DNA of 64,000 nt from Eledone cirrhosa (GCA_964016885.1 OZ024752.1:3472001-3536000), one strand, 5' to 3'; shown: positions 31,781 through 47,247, counted from the stretch's first letter. Numbers and translations are program-made. The notes: generated from the letters alone by a model not told the origin.

Positions 31781-31961
31781 GGTGGATTGGCAGTATCGGT
31801 AGAGGGTCGGACGCCATGCTTTGACGCATAGAGTTACGGCCTTTGCCATTCTGAGTTCAAATCCCGCCGAGTTTAACTTTGCCTTTCATCCTTACGGGGT
31901 GATAAAATAAAGTACCAGTAATGCACTGGTTAATTGCTGGCCTTGTGCCAAACGTAGAAAC
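31781..31961 (+). mobile_element. SINE family 1, near full length
   Basis: A-box-like tggcagtatcgg, B-box gagttcaaatcc, conserved core, 3' cttgtgcc...agaaac. Confidence 0.85.
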
Positions 31962-32384
31962 AATTATCTGATAAAATTCTGACATACTGATTTGGTATTT
32001 GATATTACTTATTATTATAGAAGCATGGCTTAGTATATGACGTAATTTCCACATAGACGTTTGAAAGTGCATTAGATTATATGTGAACAGGATTATAACT
32101 AGTATGTTTGTGAAAATAATGTTTGTTTTGATTGAATCATTTGAATAAACGATGTGTTAATTCACTATAAGTCTCGGAAATGTAAGTCATTCTGATCATG
32201 AGATGATCGATCAGATCTAATGCCTCCTACCTCTATTTGTGTTAATATATATTTTAGATTAGTATATGCTCTGCCGAAACAAGTACTATGTTAACATATA
32301 TTGGTATCTTCTACAAATGTATATGGAGCCGTTTTGCCACTCAGATAGTGGATTAGTTCCTTTTCCTTTATTATTTATTATTCT

Positions 32385-32420
32385 ATCTTCTGATGAAGGA
32401 CTAATGTCCGAAGCCTAAAC
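32385..32420 (+). ncRNA. Degenerate HHR
   Basis: CTGATGA-aggac(taat)gtcc-GAAG; stems I and III are poor. Confidence 0.45.
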
Positions 32421-32506
32421 TTTCTTTTCCAACCATATTAAGCGTTATACTTATATACTTCTTCATTGTACTGTTTTGTTTGTTTTTCCGTTTACGTTTA
32501 TCCTAG

Positions 32507-32560
<54 letters not shown>

Positions 32561-32608
32561 ATATATATATATACATATGTGTATATATATATATATATGT
32601 ATATATAT

Positions 32609-32701
<93 letters not shown>

Positions 32702-32785
32702 ATATATGTATATATATATATATGTATAAAATATAGAGGTTTACAATAACATAAACTAGACAGAGCCATATATATATATATATAC

Positions 32786-33470
32786 GTTTTTGGCAACCTT
32801 TCACGGTGTGGCTCAATGACAAATTTATTAATTAAATAATCAACAATCAGAGCAATATATAAGAAGGTAAGTCCATAGAATCATTTGATAAAATATATAC
32901 AGTATTTCTTCTCCCAATCAGCATAATCAACCACATAAAAAATAAATTAAACGAGGCTATAAGTTTAAAATGAACCTATGAAGAAACAATAGATAAATAA
33001 ACGATAGCTATTTTATTCGCGATCCACCGCCACAGAAGCTTTACCTAGTATTTCAAATAGCCGGTAGAAATTGACTTGACACATAGCTAACCATACACAA
33101 TTAGGTACAAAATCAAAGTTAGAAGACAAAATTTACATAAACATACCGAAATGATGTTTCTACCCCCGGAGGTTTCATTTGCTTTTTGGAAATATCCGAT
33201 CATGGATAAATCAACGAGTTTCGAAATCATCAGGAAACAAACTCAATTGGACAAAGATTTTCTTAAATGATACCAGCCAGACACGAATTCAAAATCGCTA
33301 AGAATTGTCACATGGCCAGTGGTCAAGTCAGAAAGCTTGTGATTGGTGCCTGACGGCGAGTAGGCTGGAGGCTAGAAAGCTCAACCGAATACAGCCTAAA
33401 GTTTTACTCAACCTTACGGGAGGATACAACATATAGAAGTTTACATATACATAAACTAGGCAGAGCCATA
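32786..33470 (-). mobile_element. Family F element; 32786-33100 is duplicated at 33782-34097
   Basis: direct repeat of about 315 bp; contains an HHR and the tail hairpin on the - strand. Confidence 0.75.
33156..33238 (-). ncRNA. Type-I HHR with long stem II region
   Basis: gtttc-CTGATGA-...-GAAAC-ctccggg-gGTA-gaaac; self-complementary stem/loop III. Confidence 0.72.
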
Positions 33471-33721
33471 TATATATATATATATATATGCTTTTTACAT
33501 TCATTTGATTTATTGATTTATTGATTTTTTATCTGAGTGTCCCGAATCTTCCAGATCGCGATTTTTCGGTCGTATGGTTGATTATAGACTTGTTCTATGT
33601 GTGACGGTATTTTAACGATAGTTATAGCTCTGATTTATCTAAATTATTGAGCCCTCTGCCGCTCATATCGAATTTTGTTTATCGTGAACTCGTGCGCCGA
33701 TTTTTCGATACTCGATTATTC

Positions 33722-33783
<62 letters not shown>

Positions 33784-35082
33784 TTTTGGCAACCATTCAC
33801 GGTGTGGCTCAATGACGAATTAATTAATTAAATAATCAACAATCAGAGCAATATATAAGAAAGTAAGTCCATAGAATCATTAGATAAAATATATACAGTA
33901 TTTCTTCTCACAATCAGCATATTCAACCACATAAAAAATCAGTTAAACGAGGCTATAAGTTTTAATTGTACCTATGAAGAAACAATAGATAAATAAATGA
34001 TAGCTGTTTTATCAGCGATCCACAGCCACAGAATATTTACGTAGTATTTCAAATAGCCCGTAGAAATTGACTAGACATATAGCTAACCATACACAATTTG
34101 CTATAAATTAGGTACATGATTTTGGTATGTGTATGTACATTTTTACTTCTAACTATATAATTTAGAAAATAATTACAGTTATAACTTCAAAAATTTTAAA
34201 TTAACAATGAAGGCCTTATAATTAAACTTAAAAATGTTATTATTAAATTTTATATATGCATTTGTCCAAATATATCCAAAGAGTATATTGTCTAAACTTC
34301 ACGACGATATTAGTCAGTTATACATAACACAATATAATAAAATAGAATAAATAAGTTCCTGTTAATATTGTTACCATTAAGGTTTTAGATCAATTATTGT
34401 ATCTTAGTATCATGTAATACATATATCCTATAAACATTTCATGAATCATAAGGAAACGAACCAGATTCAAGATAAATAAGTAAATTGTTTCCGATCATAT
34501 AAGTGCCAAATATTTAAGCTATATAATATAAAATACAAATTAAGGGTCTATATAGTGGTATAGTATCATATTTAAAGTGTCTGCAAACATGAGAAAGGGA
34601 AAACTTAAGATTTTCATCGACCCGAAGTTAACCCGAATTTAATTAAATTAAAAAGTAATCATCGTTATATAATTTAGAAAATATTTAACAATTATAATAC
34701 TAGAATGTCCTTAAGTATCTACAGTACTTATAAATGTAGCTAGAAGCCTGTTATTATACCAGATATTCACACTTGTCCAAACGCATACAGAGTATTCTGT
34801 TCGGAACTCAAGACGATCTTAGTGATCCATATACATATAATAAATACATAATAAAAACAGTGTTAGTAAAGTTATAATTGAAGTTTAACATCAAGTTAAG
34901 TGGAAAAAGTTTGTCGACTAGGATCGTGTTCGACGCATATACCATACATATATATAAACAAATATGAATATATGAATTAACCATCTTGAATCTTAAAACT
35001 AACATACTCCAAAATAATAAATACGTAAATACATAAATACATAAAAGCATGAATTGTTTACGGTTCATTACAACTGTCAACC

Positions 35083-35267
35083 GTACTGTTGAAGATAGCT
35101 CAGTACCTCTGAAATATTTATAATAAAATATACTTGACCACACGAATCTATTTTTGTTAATATTTTGAATTAATATTAATAACTCTGGAAAACCAAAAAC
35201 TGTTGAGTGCTTCCAATCTATTGTAAAACTCATTCTTTGATTTTTTCATTGAACCTTGTTTAACCTT

Positions 35268-35272
<5 letters not shown>
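35083..35272 (+). mobile_element. Family G copy, 5'-truncated inside the HHR
   Basis: matches 43820-43950 directly and 43681-43778 in reverse complement. Confidence 0.8.
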
Positions 35273-35331
<59 letters not shown>

Positions 35332-35663
35332 GGATTCTTTCTTTCTCACATCTCATTCACGTCGGACGGTCTGTTTTCTGACGGTCATGAAATTCACCCA
35401 GGTTATGCTGACCGGATAACCATCATGTTGCTTGCTTTTCTCCTACCTTCGGTTTGCTTTTCCTTCTATGTTGTTTACTTGTCTCACTCGCTTTACGCGA
35501 TTCACTTGTCCCAATAGCTTATTTTAGTTATTGCTCGCACCAACCTGAAGTATATGATTTTTAATGCGATGAAATACCAATGATGGTTGGGAAATCACTG
35601 ATGAGGGACTAATTTTATAATATGTAATCCATGTACAACCACGCAGTATTCCTCTTTCTTCCC

Positions 35664-36772
<1,109 letters not shown>

Positions 36773-36773
36773 A

Positions 36774-36836
36774 GAGTCCAGAATTAGCCGTCGAAACGGC
36801 TTGAGCCCAGACGTCGGGGTCTTACTGGTTCCTATA
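36774..36836 (+). mobile_element. Family X copy ending at the junction (ttcctat) against (TA)n
   Basis: gagtccagaattagccgtcgaaacggcttgagc... Confidence 0.8.
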
Positions 36837-39800
36837 TATATATATAATATGTGTGTGTGTGTGTGTGTGTGATAGTTGTGCCAACCTACCGCCCTCTGTT
36901 TTTGTAATAACTAAAGTTAAATGGTAGTCACTGAATCATTAATAAATTTAGAAAACTCCGCTATACATTAAAATGTAGTCTCTGATAAAGATTAAGACGC
37001 AGTTAACTCAGAAGAAACAACGTTTATCATAGCTTTGCTAGTTCAAGATTGACACGAGTCTAAATTGAAAAACAAAGGATTCTATTTTTATTCACTGGTG
37101 GCAAATATTTTTCTCTGCATCAAGTTATATTTACTTTCTAACACATCAGTGTTTCTTACTGCAGTTTGCATATTCCCTTTAAAAAATGGGATCCACAATA
37201 TCTCGATCCATTCATTATAAATTTTTATTTATTCCCTGCCTATGTTTCACTTGTGGATAGCATCCTATTTCTTATATACTGATGTTTAACATCCTATTTT
37301 TGACATATTTTCGATTCTATGTAACATCATACTCCTGATAGATTCTATTACAACATTTGATCTCTAATCGTATACCAACTACTTCAAACCGTTGATTCTT
37401 CATCATCACTATACCTATCCTCAATACTGATTAGATCACTTTACGTCTATATCGTATATAGAATTTCGGGTAGGAAATCACAACAGCACATAACCTTTAA
37501 ACCAGGGCTACACACTCTGTCAGTTGCACCAATGCATTTAATGTATTTATACTACATTTTTCTGACAGTTTCCCCGAAATGATTCAGTTTACTTGAATAT
37601 AATAATTCTCATGCGTTTATTGGTTGCATCGCATGTATAGTATATACATATTTCTAGTTTTATTTCTATACACTTATCATCACTACTTCAGATATTCTGT
37701 GGCTTGCAGTAATCTCTCCATTGGTTAACAGTAAGCCTGCCTTTTAAAATGTAAGGATCTTCATACTTCACTGGTCACAAGTGAAAAGTGCAAGCTACAA
37801 TTTTCATGAATATGAGATGTATACATGTTGCCATCTATATTTCAATATGATATATTCTTTAGTTTATATTAAAATACAGCCGGGTAATAAATGTCCATGC
37901 AAAACCAATCATTTCACTATTATTTATATATATGCATCTCTCAGGATTATGATTATACATGTTAACTTTCAATGGGTTATAGAACGATAAGTCAGTAGCT
38001 AAAAATTGCAAAGTTGTTCTTGTCCACACGTGTTAACCAACAAAAAAAGAACTTTTATTCTCATACACCATAAATATGTAATGAATTGAAAATATCCTGC
38101 AATCACAATTATTCATAATTTCACTAATTCTTTGATTAACTTCATTTGGTGGCTCGGGGAAATGATATTTCTTTCATACTTTACAACTGATGCTAGTATT
38201 ATGGTGCATCAATTGAGTTCATTCTTCCTCAGAATACGATCGTTATAGAAAGATACAAATAATTCAAGAGTAGAGAAGAGTGCCACAATCCTTGGGATAT
38301 TACCTCACAGAAAACATCAGGAGCGAATCCCTCATTATCATGCACAAGAGGTTCTTATCATCACAGTACCTACATGTTGACATTAAGAGAGTAAAGTATT
38401 AATTCATGTATCATACGAATTCCTAACGTTCATGATCCCAGTATTGTCTTTGAGCTGCCTATACATGTTGTCAGGAAACCTTTCCACCAAGAGGATCCCT
38501 CTTTAAACAGATATGTTTTATCCAATACGGTTTATTTGCTACGTAAGAACCCTTCACCTGTTTTATTTAGTCAACTTCACCTTTATTCATATCATATTAT
38601 TCAAAAATCATAAGCAATATATGAAAAATCCTTCTGGTGTGTGTCGGTTCAGTTTCAAATTAACGCGTCACTTCCTAATAAAACATAAACAACGTGTTTT
38701 GCGATACACATCCATTCATCTGATATCACTATTTCCAGCAATGTATATTAACTTCTTAACGAAAGTATTGTCTTTTTTTGTGTACACTACCCCCCCCCCC
38801 CCAAAAAAAAAAATTAATAGTTATGTAGGTACCAGTAACAAACATTTCCTCCTACTCTGAATTGATATTTTTCCTCGTCGTCCGACAAATTACTTTAACA
38901 ATTTTTATTACACTTTGAACTTCTCCGGCCACGAGAAATTGTTTGTATATCGTTTGTTCTATACTGAGCGTTCATCCTTGCACTAACTTTTATCAGACGC
39001 CGGAATCCTTAGCACAACGAAAAGCTAGGTTGCCGGATCAGTAGCTAGTTATGCGCTGAACAACATTGACATTTTAAGTGCCACAGTCAATGTCTGAAGC
39101 CATTAAATTGCGTTAATCATAGCTGAGCTGTTATATTTGGAGGGAATCACGTTTCATAACTTACAGGGAAGTGATAATTTATCATCACATTACTTACAAA
39201 TTTTCATTTAATATTGCAAAAGGTTATGTCTTACTACATTGGACACAAGGAATATAACCGCTAAAGTTGTAACTATATGTACCCGGGTTGTCACAAATAT
39301 AACAAAAAAACATAACCAGTCACTTCGAGAAGAGAAGTGACGCACACTGTCTATCTTACAACTATGCTCACGTAATTTCCTCTTGTTAAACTAACGTGTC
39401 CTTACTCCAGGCATTTCTATCTTATTTTATCTATAAAAATATACACCCATTCAATCGAAACATTTAACCTCATTACACATTCTCAAAAATCACCACTACA
39501 CTAACCGTCCAAATTTCGCCCTATCATTCTCGATTTTATAGGTGTTGGGAATAAATTTAAAAGACTACATTGTCAAATTCAATATGTTCTCTTCCCTCTG
39601 AACACATATATAGCTTATATGACACTAGAACTAACGGGGATTTGTTCTACTACGCGGAACGCCAGGAGCTGCCCACAACTTTGGAAAATCGCTATTGTCG
39701 TTGGTATCAAAACGCTTTAAACTTGTCTACGTAAATTCTGTAAACATGGATTGTTCGACTTTGTGCTCTACTTTTGTCGGGTAGCTTAGTGTGGATAACT

Positions 39801-40254
39801 CCGATCCCACTGAAAACATTCAACAAGTCTTGATTGTGTTCTCTCCTCCCACATTCTATTAGCTCTGTTGTACAACCCTTAAGAGTTTTACGTAGATTCG
39901 TTTCAGATAGCCATACATTCAGATATTAAGCACATATCCTAGGCAACTTATTTCAACTCTTAATTGTTGCTATAAACTTAGACGTTTAAATCTTCATCTA
40001 ATAAAGAAATGAAAGGCGTGATTGCTTCAACAACACATTTGGATTATCACAACACATAACGAGGAAATATTGTAACACGAGTCACCTTCTCTACATAAAC
40101 AACGCAGAATTAAATCCTCAAGACTACTACAAATGATGAAGTTCACAATTTCAAATACATCAGATAGATGATATCTTTGCTAAAACAATATTCCGATCAA
40201 ACAGTAATGTGCCTGTGACAGAAAATAATGTGTTATTCTAGACATTCCAAATTG

Positions 40255-40382
40255 GAGTATTGGCAGAGTCATTAAGACGTCAGATAAAATGCTTTACGAT
40301 ATCCGTTCCACCTCATTTGGGTCAACTCTGCCTTTCATCCTTTCGAGGTCGATAACAATGTACCAGCCCAGTACTGGGGTCG
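40255..40382 (+). mobile_element. SINE family 1, decayed
   Basis: tgcctttcatcctttcgaggtcgataa...gtaccag...actggggtcg. Confidence 0.65.
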
Positions 40383-41339
40383 CTTCTTACTCTATAGAAA
40401 AAAGTCGGCTGTGTTCAGACTCTACGACTCTACAAGGAGTTATGGCATCTTTATCCCTTTATCCCTATATATTCCATCATAGCAAAGTTTTATTACCATT
40501 CAAGGCGAGAAAATATTTCCATAAGGTCATGCATTGTTACCTTATACGTAGCAGGATTTCCACGTTATAACAACGTTCATTGGAATGCACCTGTTTTAAG
40601 GGTTAATGCGTTTGGCTCGTAAACGTAGTGACACGAGTTCAATTTCCGGTTAAACGGATGGATATGAATCAATGATCAAATATTTGAGAGAATATTATAG
40701 AAACATTCCAATATTTCGTAAACAACATTCCTCATATGGATGAGTACTAAAGACCCTCACATTCATTTACGACAACTATTGGTTCACAGTTATTTCGTTA
40801 TGATTTCAGGTTTTCCTATGGCTTAAAATTAGAAATTACACATCAAGATAAGTCTGTTCTGTCAATAAGTTATTTCATATTTAGCATTGAAAATATCCAA
40901 CGGTAAATGTATTAAGTATTTTAAAATCAACTGATCGACTGGGATATAATACAGATGAATCTTTAGCATTGGTCTATGACATTTCTTCATTCTAAATAAG
41001 CTTCACTTTTAAAGAAAACGGAGCGAATGCTGTTCCTAATTAGCCTTTTCGTGGTCACCGAGATTCGTTAGCGAAACGGTTCCTCTGTTCGAATATATAT
41101 CATGATCACTTGCAACAGAGAAGCCCCAGTTAAAGTCACCCAAGTGTCAGGCTGGGGTGTTACAGAGGTTGATGTATTAGGCCTAACAAGCGCCCTCGTA
41201 TTACTTTCAGAATAAGTATATATAGATGGATGGCCAAATCAGTAGGGGGCCAAATGATCAGCCAGCTGATCACCAGTTTCCATCGTATCACCAAAATAAA
41301 TTGTTTCATTAAGCTTAATTGCCAATTTTAACATATTTC

Positions 41340-42296
41340 ACTGTTTTGAAAAGCAGCATAGTAATAGTGCTACTGGTGATGCACTACAAAGAAGATTACA
41401 GGATGGAGACAATTCTAATTATCTGAATTTCACTGGTGCTAAAATAATAGAATGGCATCCTAAAACAAAAAGCATCTATATTTTAGTGAGGTATATCAGG
41501 ATCAATCTGTTCCTTCAAGTAATTCTTATGCATTTTGTTGCAAGAATTCTTTGAAATGAAATCTGCTCACTCTATTTTTTCAACTACTATAAAAGCGACT
41601 GCGCTAAACCACTTATTAGTTACAAGGCATCAATATGGTCCATTGTGCATCTTTTATTTCACCATCTGAATTATAATATATATGACATTGCACACATATT
41701 CCAAGAAACCTAGGTCCTTAGAAGAACCAATATTGTAATCAAACACACAATGACTCTTGAGGTTTTGAATTAAATGCATCAACCTGATTTATACTTTTCG
41801 TCTCATTCATTCTTGAGTGATACTACCGTTTATGGGTAAAACAAAAGTCCCTTATTCACAATTGCAAAATAAAAGTGACAAAATAAGAATCAAGTTGTAA
41901 AGCTGCATAATGTAGTTCTAATGTAGCAGACTTGAAAGTTCTAAGTATGTTAAGAGAAGAAGCATGATATAATAAGAATTTGACATAGCTGACAGATGTT
42001 ACATAGAAGAAAACTAATGCAAAGAAGTTTAACAAGACCAGTGTCAGTCCTGACGTAAACGATAAAGAAAGGGTATATAAAATTGAGGTTTGTTTGGCAG
42101 TTTTGACCATTATTTCGTGTGCATTTCTAACAATTGTAACAGTTCAAATATGTTAGATTCCCAAAGTATATTAAGAAGATGTAAAAACAACCGACTCTAC
42201 TCCGGTGAAACGAATGTCATTTTGGATAAAAAAACACTGACAGTTGAACAGACTTCACCCATCGTTATTAGAAATGACAGAAGAAAAATAGAATAA
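41340..42296 (+). pseudogene. Possible decayed single-pass membrane protein exon
   Basis: stop-riddled frame with TM-like VCLAVLTIISCAFLTIVTVQIC, followed after a frameshift by basic RRCKNNR; family not identified. Confidence 0.25.
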
Positions 42297-42785
42297 AACA
42301 ATGTAGCATTTTTAACTGTGTGGAGGAAAGATGCATTCAAACTATAACAATAAAATATCACTTAAAAATCACTTACAGTGACTTTAGTTTTATGAAGTAA
42401 GTTAGTAAGAATGGATTTACTGAATAGCTGGGTTATGCAGAGATATGTGACATTTTACAAACAAATTTTTCGTTCTAAATATATGCTAATATACATCGGA
42501 ATATACACCTTTTTTAATGATCGTCTGTACAGGTGAAACTTAAACAGAATATTGTATATTATATATAGGATTCCGAGTCAAAGAAACTGTTAACCCACAT
42601 GTTAAGGAAAAACTCAATGATAAAAATATATATACACATAAACACAAACATGCATACACACACACACACGTATATACATAAACACATACATACATATATA
42701 CAAATATGCATGCATATATACAAACACGCATACATACATACATATTCATACACACAACCACACACGCACGTATATATATATATAT

Positions 42786-42978
42786 ATTATTAGAAATGTA
42801 AGCTATCACCGTATTTTGACGTACATACGTCAATACTCATCATTTTCCATTGCTCCGAGGGTTCTTAACCCCACTATCAGTCTAAATAATGTCTTTAATT
42901 TCTTGAGTCAAAATACGGCGATAGCTTACATTTCTAATAATTTCAAACCCACTCGCTGTTTCGAAAATATTCTTACAT
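42786..42978 (+). mobile_element. Fold-back mini insertion (arms 42786-42820 / 42907-42941 plus tail)
   Basis: attattagaaatgtaagctatcaccgtattttgac / gtcaaaatacggcgatagcttacatttctaataat. Confidence 0.78.
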
Positions 42979-43030
42979 ATATATATATATATAATATAAG
43001 ATCAAAAGATGGTTAAAGGAGTTCCATGTA

Positions 43031-43097
43031 TTTTATTATGCGCATTTCAAAAACAAACATCATGATGCAATAATATTTGTGTTTTCATCAGATAAAA
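43031..43097 (-). ncRNA. Type-I HHR
   Basis: ttttat-CTGATGA-aaacacaaatattat...atgatgtttgttttt-GAAA-tgcgca-TA-ataaaa. Confidence 0.82.
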
Positions 43098-43161
43098 CAG
43101 GAGAACATGATATGAAGGCTAAAAAACACCTGTGGGCAGTGCAGTTTTAAATCAACATATT

Positions 43162-43197
<36 letters not shown>

Positions 43198-43245
43198 AAG
43201 AAATGTAAGTCAACAGGTTAAAATTAACTTCGTTTGTTCATATTC

Positions 43246-43306
43246 GCTGTTATATATATATTTCGGTGACAACAATTATTCAACAGCTATGACCTCATCA
43301 GACCGC
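43246..43306 (-). ncRNA. Type-I HHR
   Basis: gcggt-CTGATGA-ggtcatagc...gttgtcacc-GAAA-tatatata-TA-acagc. Confidence 0.75.
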
Positions 43307-43645
43307 TAGAACTTGAACAGAAAAAAAAAAAGAAAAACAATGATGGAACAAAGATTACCTCCTTTATTTCGAACTTTGATATGCCCTGTCCCGAAGTAGG
43401 GGATGTTTTCCAAAGAGGTGGTGGCATATGATTCACAATGAACAAATTCAAGTATCAGTAGAATATACCTTCCTCTCATTGGTAAGATAGAGTCTTGGAG
43501 AGCGCTTCTTTTTCATGTATGATCATAAATAATTAATATTGTATATAAGATATGTGTGTGTGTGTGTGTGCAAGTGCGTATATATAGTGAAAGAGTGAAG
43601 AATAACATGGTCGGCTGTACAAAAAGGGTGTTATATATACACACG

Positions 43646-43680
<35 letters not shown>

Positions 43681-43684
<4 letters not shown>

Positions 43685-43948
43685 TAATTCAAAATATTAA
43701 CAAAAATAGACATTCGTGTGATCAAGTATATTTTATTATACACATTTCAGAGGTACTGAGGTATCTTCAACAATACGTCCTCATCAGATAAATAAGATGA
43801 TGCATGACATACTCTGACTCACACGAATGTCTATTTTTGTAAATATTTTGAATTAATATCAATAACTCCGGAAAACCAAACTGTTGAGTGCTTCCAATCT
43901 ATTGTAAAACTCATTCTTTGATTTATTCATTGAACCTTGTTTAACCTT

Positions 43949-43950
<2 letters not shown>
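43681..43950. mobile_element. Family G fold-back element (arms 43681-43720 / 43820-43859 plus tail) with HHR at 43731-43792 (-)
   Basis: tttat-CTGATGA-ggacgtattg...cagtacctct-GAAA-tgtgta-TA-ataaa; (TA)n on both sides. Confidence 0.85.
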
Positions 43951-43982
<32 letters not shown>

Positions 43983-44025
43983 GGAATACTGTTGGCTTCT
44001 TGCTACAATATTTTCTATACCTTTC

Positions 44026-44115
<90 letters not shown>

Positions 44116-45272
44116 TAAATAAGGGAAGTAGTAATGGGAAAGTGGGATTTTCAATCGTATTCTCTCAGCATGGCCACGATATTTCAATAAATCTCTTGCA
44201 CTTCTTAATGTTGTTTTCCTCACTGTTCTACCACAACTGAGCTCCCCGTAGACATATAACGAAAGGTTTACTTACCCTGTCATCTCTTAATATTTTTCAT
44301 CAATATTGAATATATCAAGAGATTAAACACGTTCTACATCTTTCGAAAGGGCACGTTGTTATTGGTATTAGATTTGGCTGCTATCTCTACAAAGTAAAAT
44401 GATCACATAGAGGCTTCGGCATTTGCTATTATTATTTTATCTCTGTGTTTATGTTTGAACATTTCTATTGTTTTTTTCCTTGTTTATTTTAATTATCTAG
44501 TGCTATTTATAATTTTTTTTTCTTTAAGGTACGGTATTACATTATTAGAATTCTAATTTAGTGATGAGGCAACACATTTAGAGAAATATGATAGGCATTT
44601 ATCTAGGCCACAGAACTGTGAGCCTAAACCAAACATTGAGCGTCTAGGGGGGCAGTCTAACTGTTAGAAATAATCTAACTAAAAACGAATTGATCGTAAT
44701 GATGTAACGAAAACATGTATTTAATATTTCTTTACTAGCCTCCATCAAATTAACAACGCTATATTCATGTAGGAAGCAATCGTATCAAATGTTTGTTTAA
44801 TCACAGTTATAGCAGGAACAACATTCTTTGCAACATGTAAGCAAACCACAAAAAAAGGGGAAAAATAGAAATGCGTAGAGGAAGATGATAAAACGAGAAC
44901 TAAAAAGAACGACACGACTTAAAATATTCTGAAAAAAAAAAGAGGCAAAAAATTTGAGGAACAACAGCGCAAACGAGAGAGGAGAAAAATTGCAATATTT
45001 TTTTGTTTTCAATATTCTTTTTAAAAAATATTTTGACCAGACTTTTGCTCGAAGCCATAATTCTTGAGAATTTTAGTGAACTATTATGTAGAAAGCTGTA
45101 CTGAAAATACCACTTATCATTATTTTTTGTGTGTGTGTATGTGTAGTAAAGTAAATGTAGGTGTGAATGAACACACACACACATATATATATATACATAT
45201 ATTTACATATATATATGTATACATATATATATACATATATATACATATATATATGTATACATATATATATAC

Positions 45273-45304
<32 letters not shown>

Positions 45305-45308
45305 GTAT

Positions 45309-45346
<38 letters not shown>

Positions 45347-45352
<6 letters not shown>

Positions 45353-45792
45353 AAGTTTGTCCTCATCAGTCGCCATCCAACCGTCGTAGGCATTTCGTCG
45401 CATTAAAGGCCATATACCTCAGGTTGGTGCGAGCAACGGCTAAAAAAAAATCGTTGCGACACGTAAATAAAGGGGACGCTAGGGTAAACAAACAAAATGG
45501 TTTAAGCAGCAGAAATTGATGAAGAAGGAAACAAGTCCCAGATTTTTATGAATATAAATTCGGTGGAATCGTGAACGAGAGAATAAAGACCATCAAACCT
45601 GGTTGAAATGTGAGCAAGGAAGGAATTTCGCACAGGTCTAACGGGAGGAAGAAGGGGTCTGGTCTGCGAATTCGGTAAACATATACCTGAGGTATATGGC
45701 CTTTCATGCGACGAAATGCCTACGACGGTTGGATGGCCACTGATGAGGACAAACTTTTTCATATGTAACCCATTTGCAGCGCCGCAGCTCCA
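45347..45792 (+). mobile_element. Fold-back element (arms 45347-45424 / 45685-45764 plus short tail)
   Basis: 78 bp inverted repeat, left arm abuts (TA)n. Confidence 0.82.
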
Positions 45793-45830
45793 TTATTATC
45801 ATTATTATTATATTATTATTATATTATTAT

Positions 45831-45894
<64 letters not shown>

Positions 45895-45897
<3 letters not shown>

Positions 45898-46455
45898 GTA
45901 AGTAAGTTAATTTTATAATTTTCTTATTTTACGTCTCTCATATTATTGTTCTGCAACCCCATGCATTGAACCACAATGTTACTAAGACAAAACCTATATA
46001 TTTGCTAGCATTGATATGCATCTGTATGTATATATATGTTACTAGATATTAATTCTTTATAATTATCTCCAAATTATTTGTCGAGCAATATTGGCCATGA
46101 CTGCTGCTATGGTAGTAGGCAGGCCGCTGTCTTATTAGCAAACCACTTTCCACTGATTGACCTCGATGTCACGTGATTGATTCTTTTTGAATTTGCCACA
46201 GACGCAGAGGCAGTGATTTTCTCAATGGCTATGAATTCAGTCCACGCTTTGCTATTTCATATCCACTGAATTATTTTTTAATAAGTTTCCAGAGTCCTCG
46301 CTTTGCCTGGAAACTTAGCTGAGAATAGACTTCCCTGACGACGGAACGTTTCTCCATATCTTCTTCGGAAAATATATTTACTCCATTCCAGAAACTAATT
46401 AGTTGGAAGTGATATTTTAGTAAGTAAGTTAATTTTATAATTTTCTTATTTTACG

Positions 46456-46462
<7 letters not shown>
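45895..46462 (+). mobile_element. Family C element with terminal direct repeat (period about 522 bp) and HHR at 46329-46410
   Basis: 45895-45943 repeats at 46416-46465; acttcc-CTGACGA-cggaac...ttcca-GAAAC-taatta-GTT-ggaagt. Confidence 0.85.
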
Positions 46463-46515
<53 letters not shown>

Positions 46516-46544
46516 GTCTAAAGTTTGTCTTAAACCAAAAGGCT

Positions 46545-46796
46545 CATTTGGCCTGTGCTTATCCCGGTTTCATCACGTGAAGCGAATGAGAGTGCAAGGC
46601 TCCCCTCTGGACAGGACGCCAGTCCATCGCAGGGTTAAACCTCCAGCTATTGCTGTTACTCATTTTAAGCTGAGTATAATGTAGCAGCGTGAAATGATGT
46701 GTTTTGCTCAAGAACACAACACCTAACCCATGAATCGAACCCACGACATTATGATCGTAAGTCCAACACTCTTACTACTAGGCCATGTGCCTCCAC
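46545..46796 (-). mobile_element. tRNA-derived SINE family 2 (Meta-SINE-like core)
   Basis: A box tggcctagtagt, B box ggttcgattc, core ccctgcgatggactggcgtcctgtccag. Confidence 0.8.
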
Positions 46797-46819
46797 ATAT
46801 GTATACATATATATATATA

Positions 46820-46935
<116 letters not shown>

Positions 46936-46946
46936 CATATATATAC

Positions 46947-47149
<203 letters not shown>

Positions 47150-47163
47150 CATATATATACATT

Positions 47164-47246
<83 letters not shown>

Positions 47247-47247
<1 letters not shown>

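Noticed and set aside
31781-31961. tRNA genes
   Set aside because: A/B boxes belong to SINE heads; no cloverleaf
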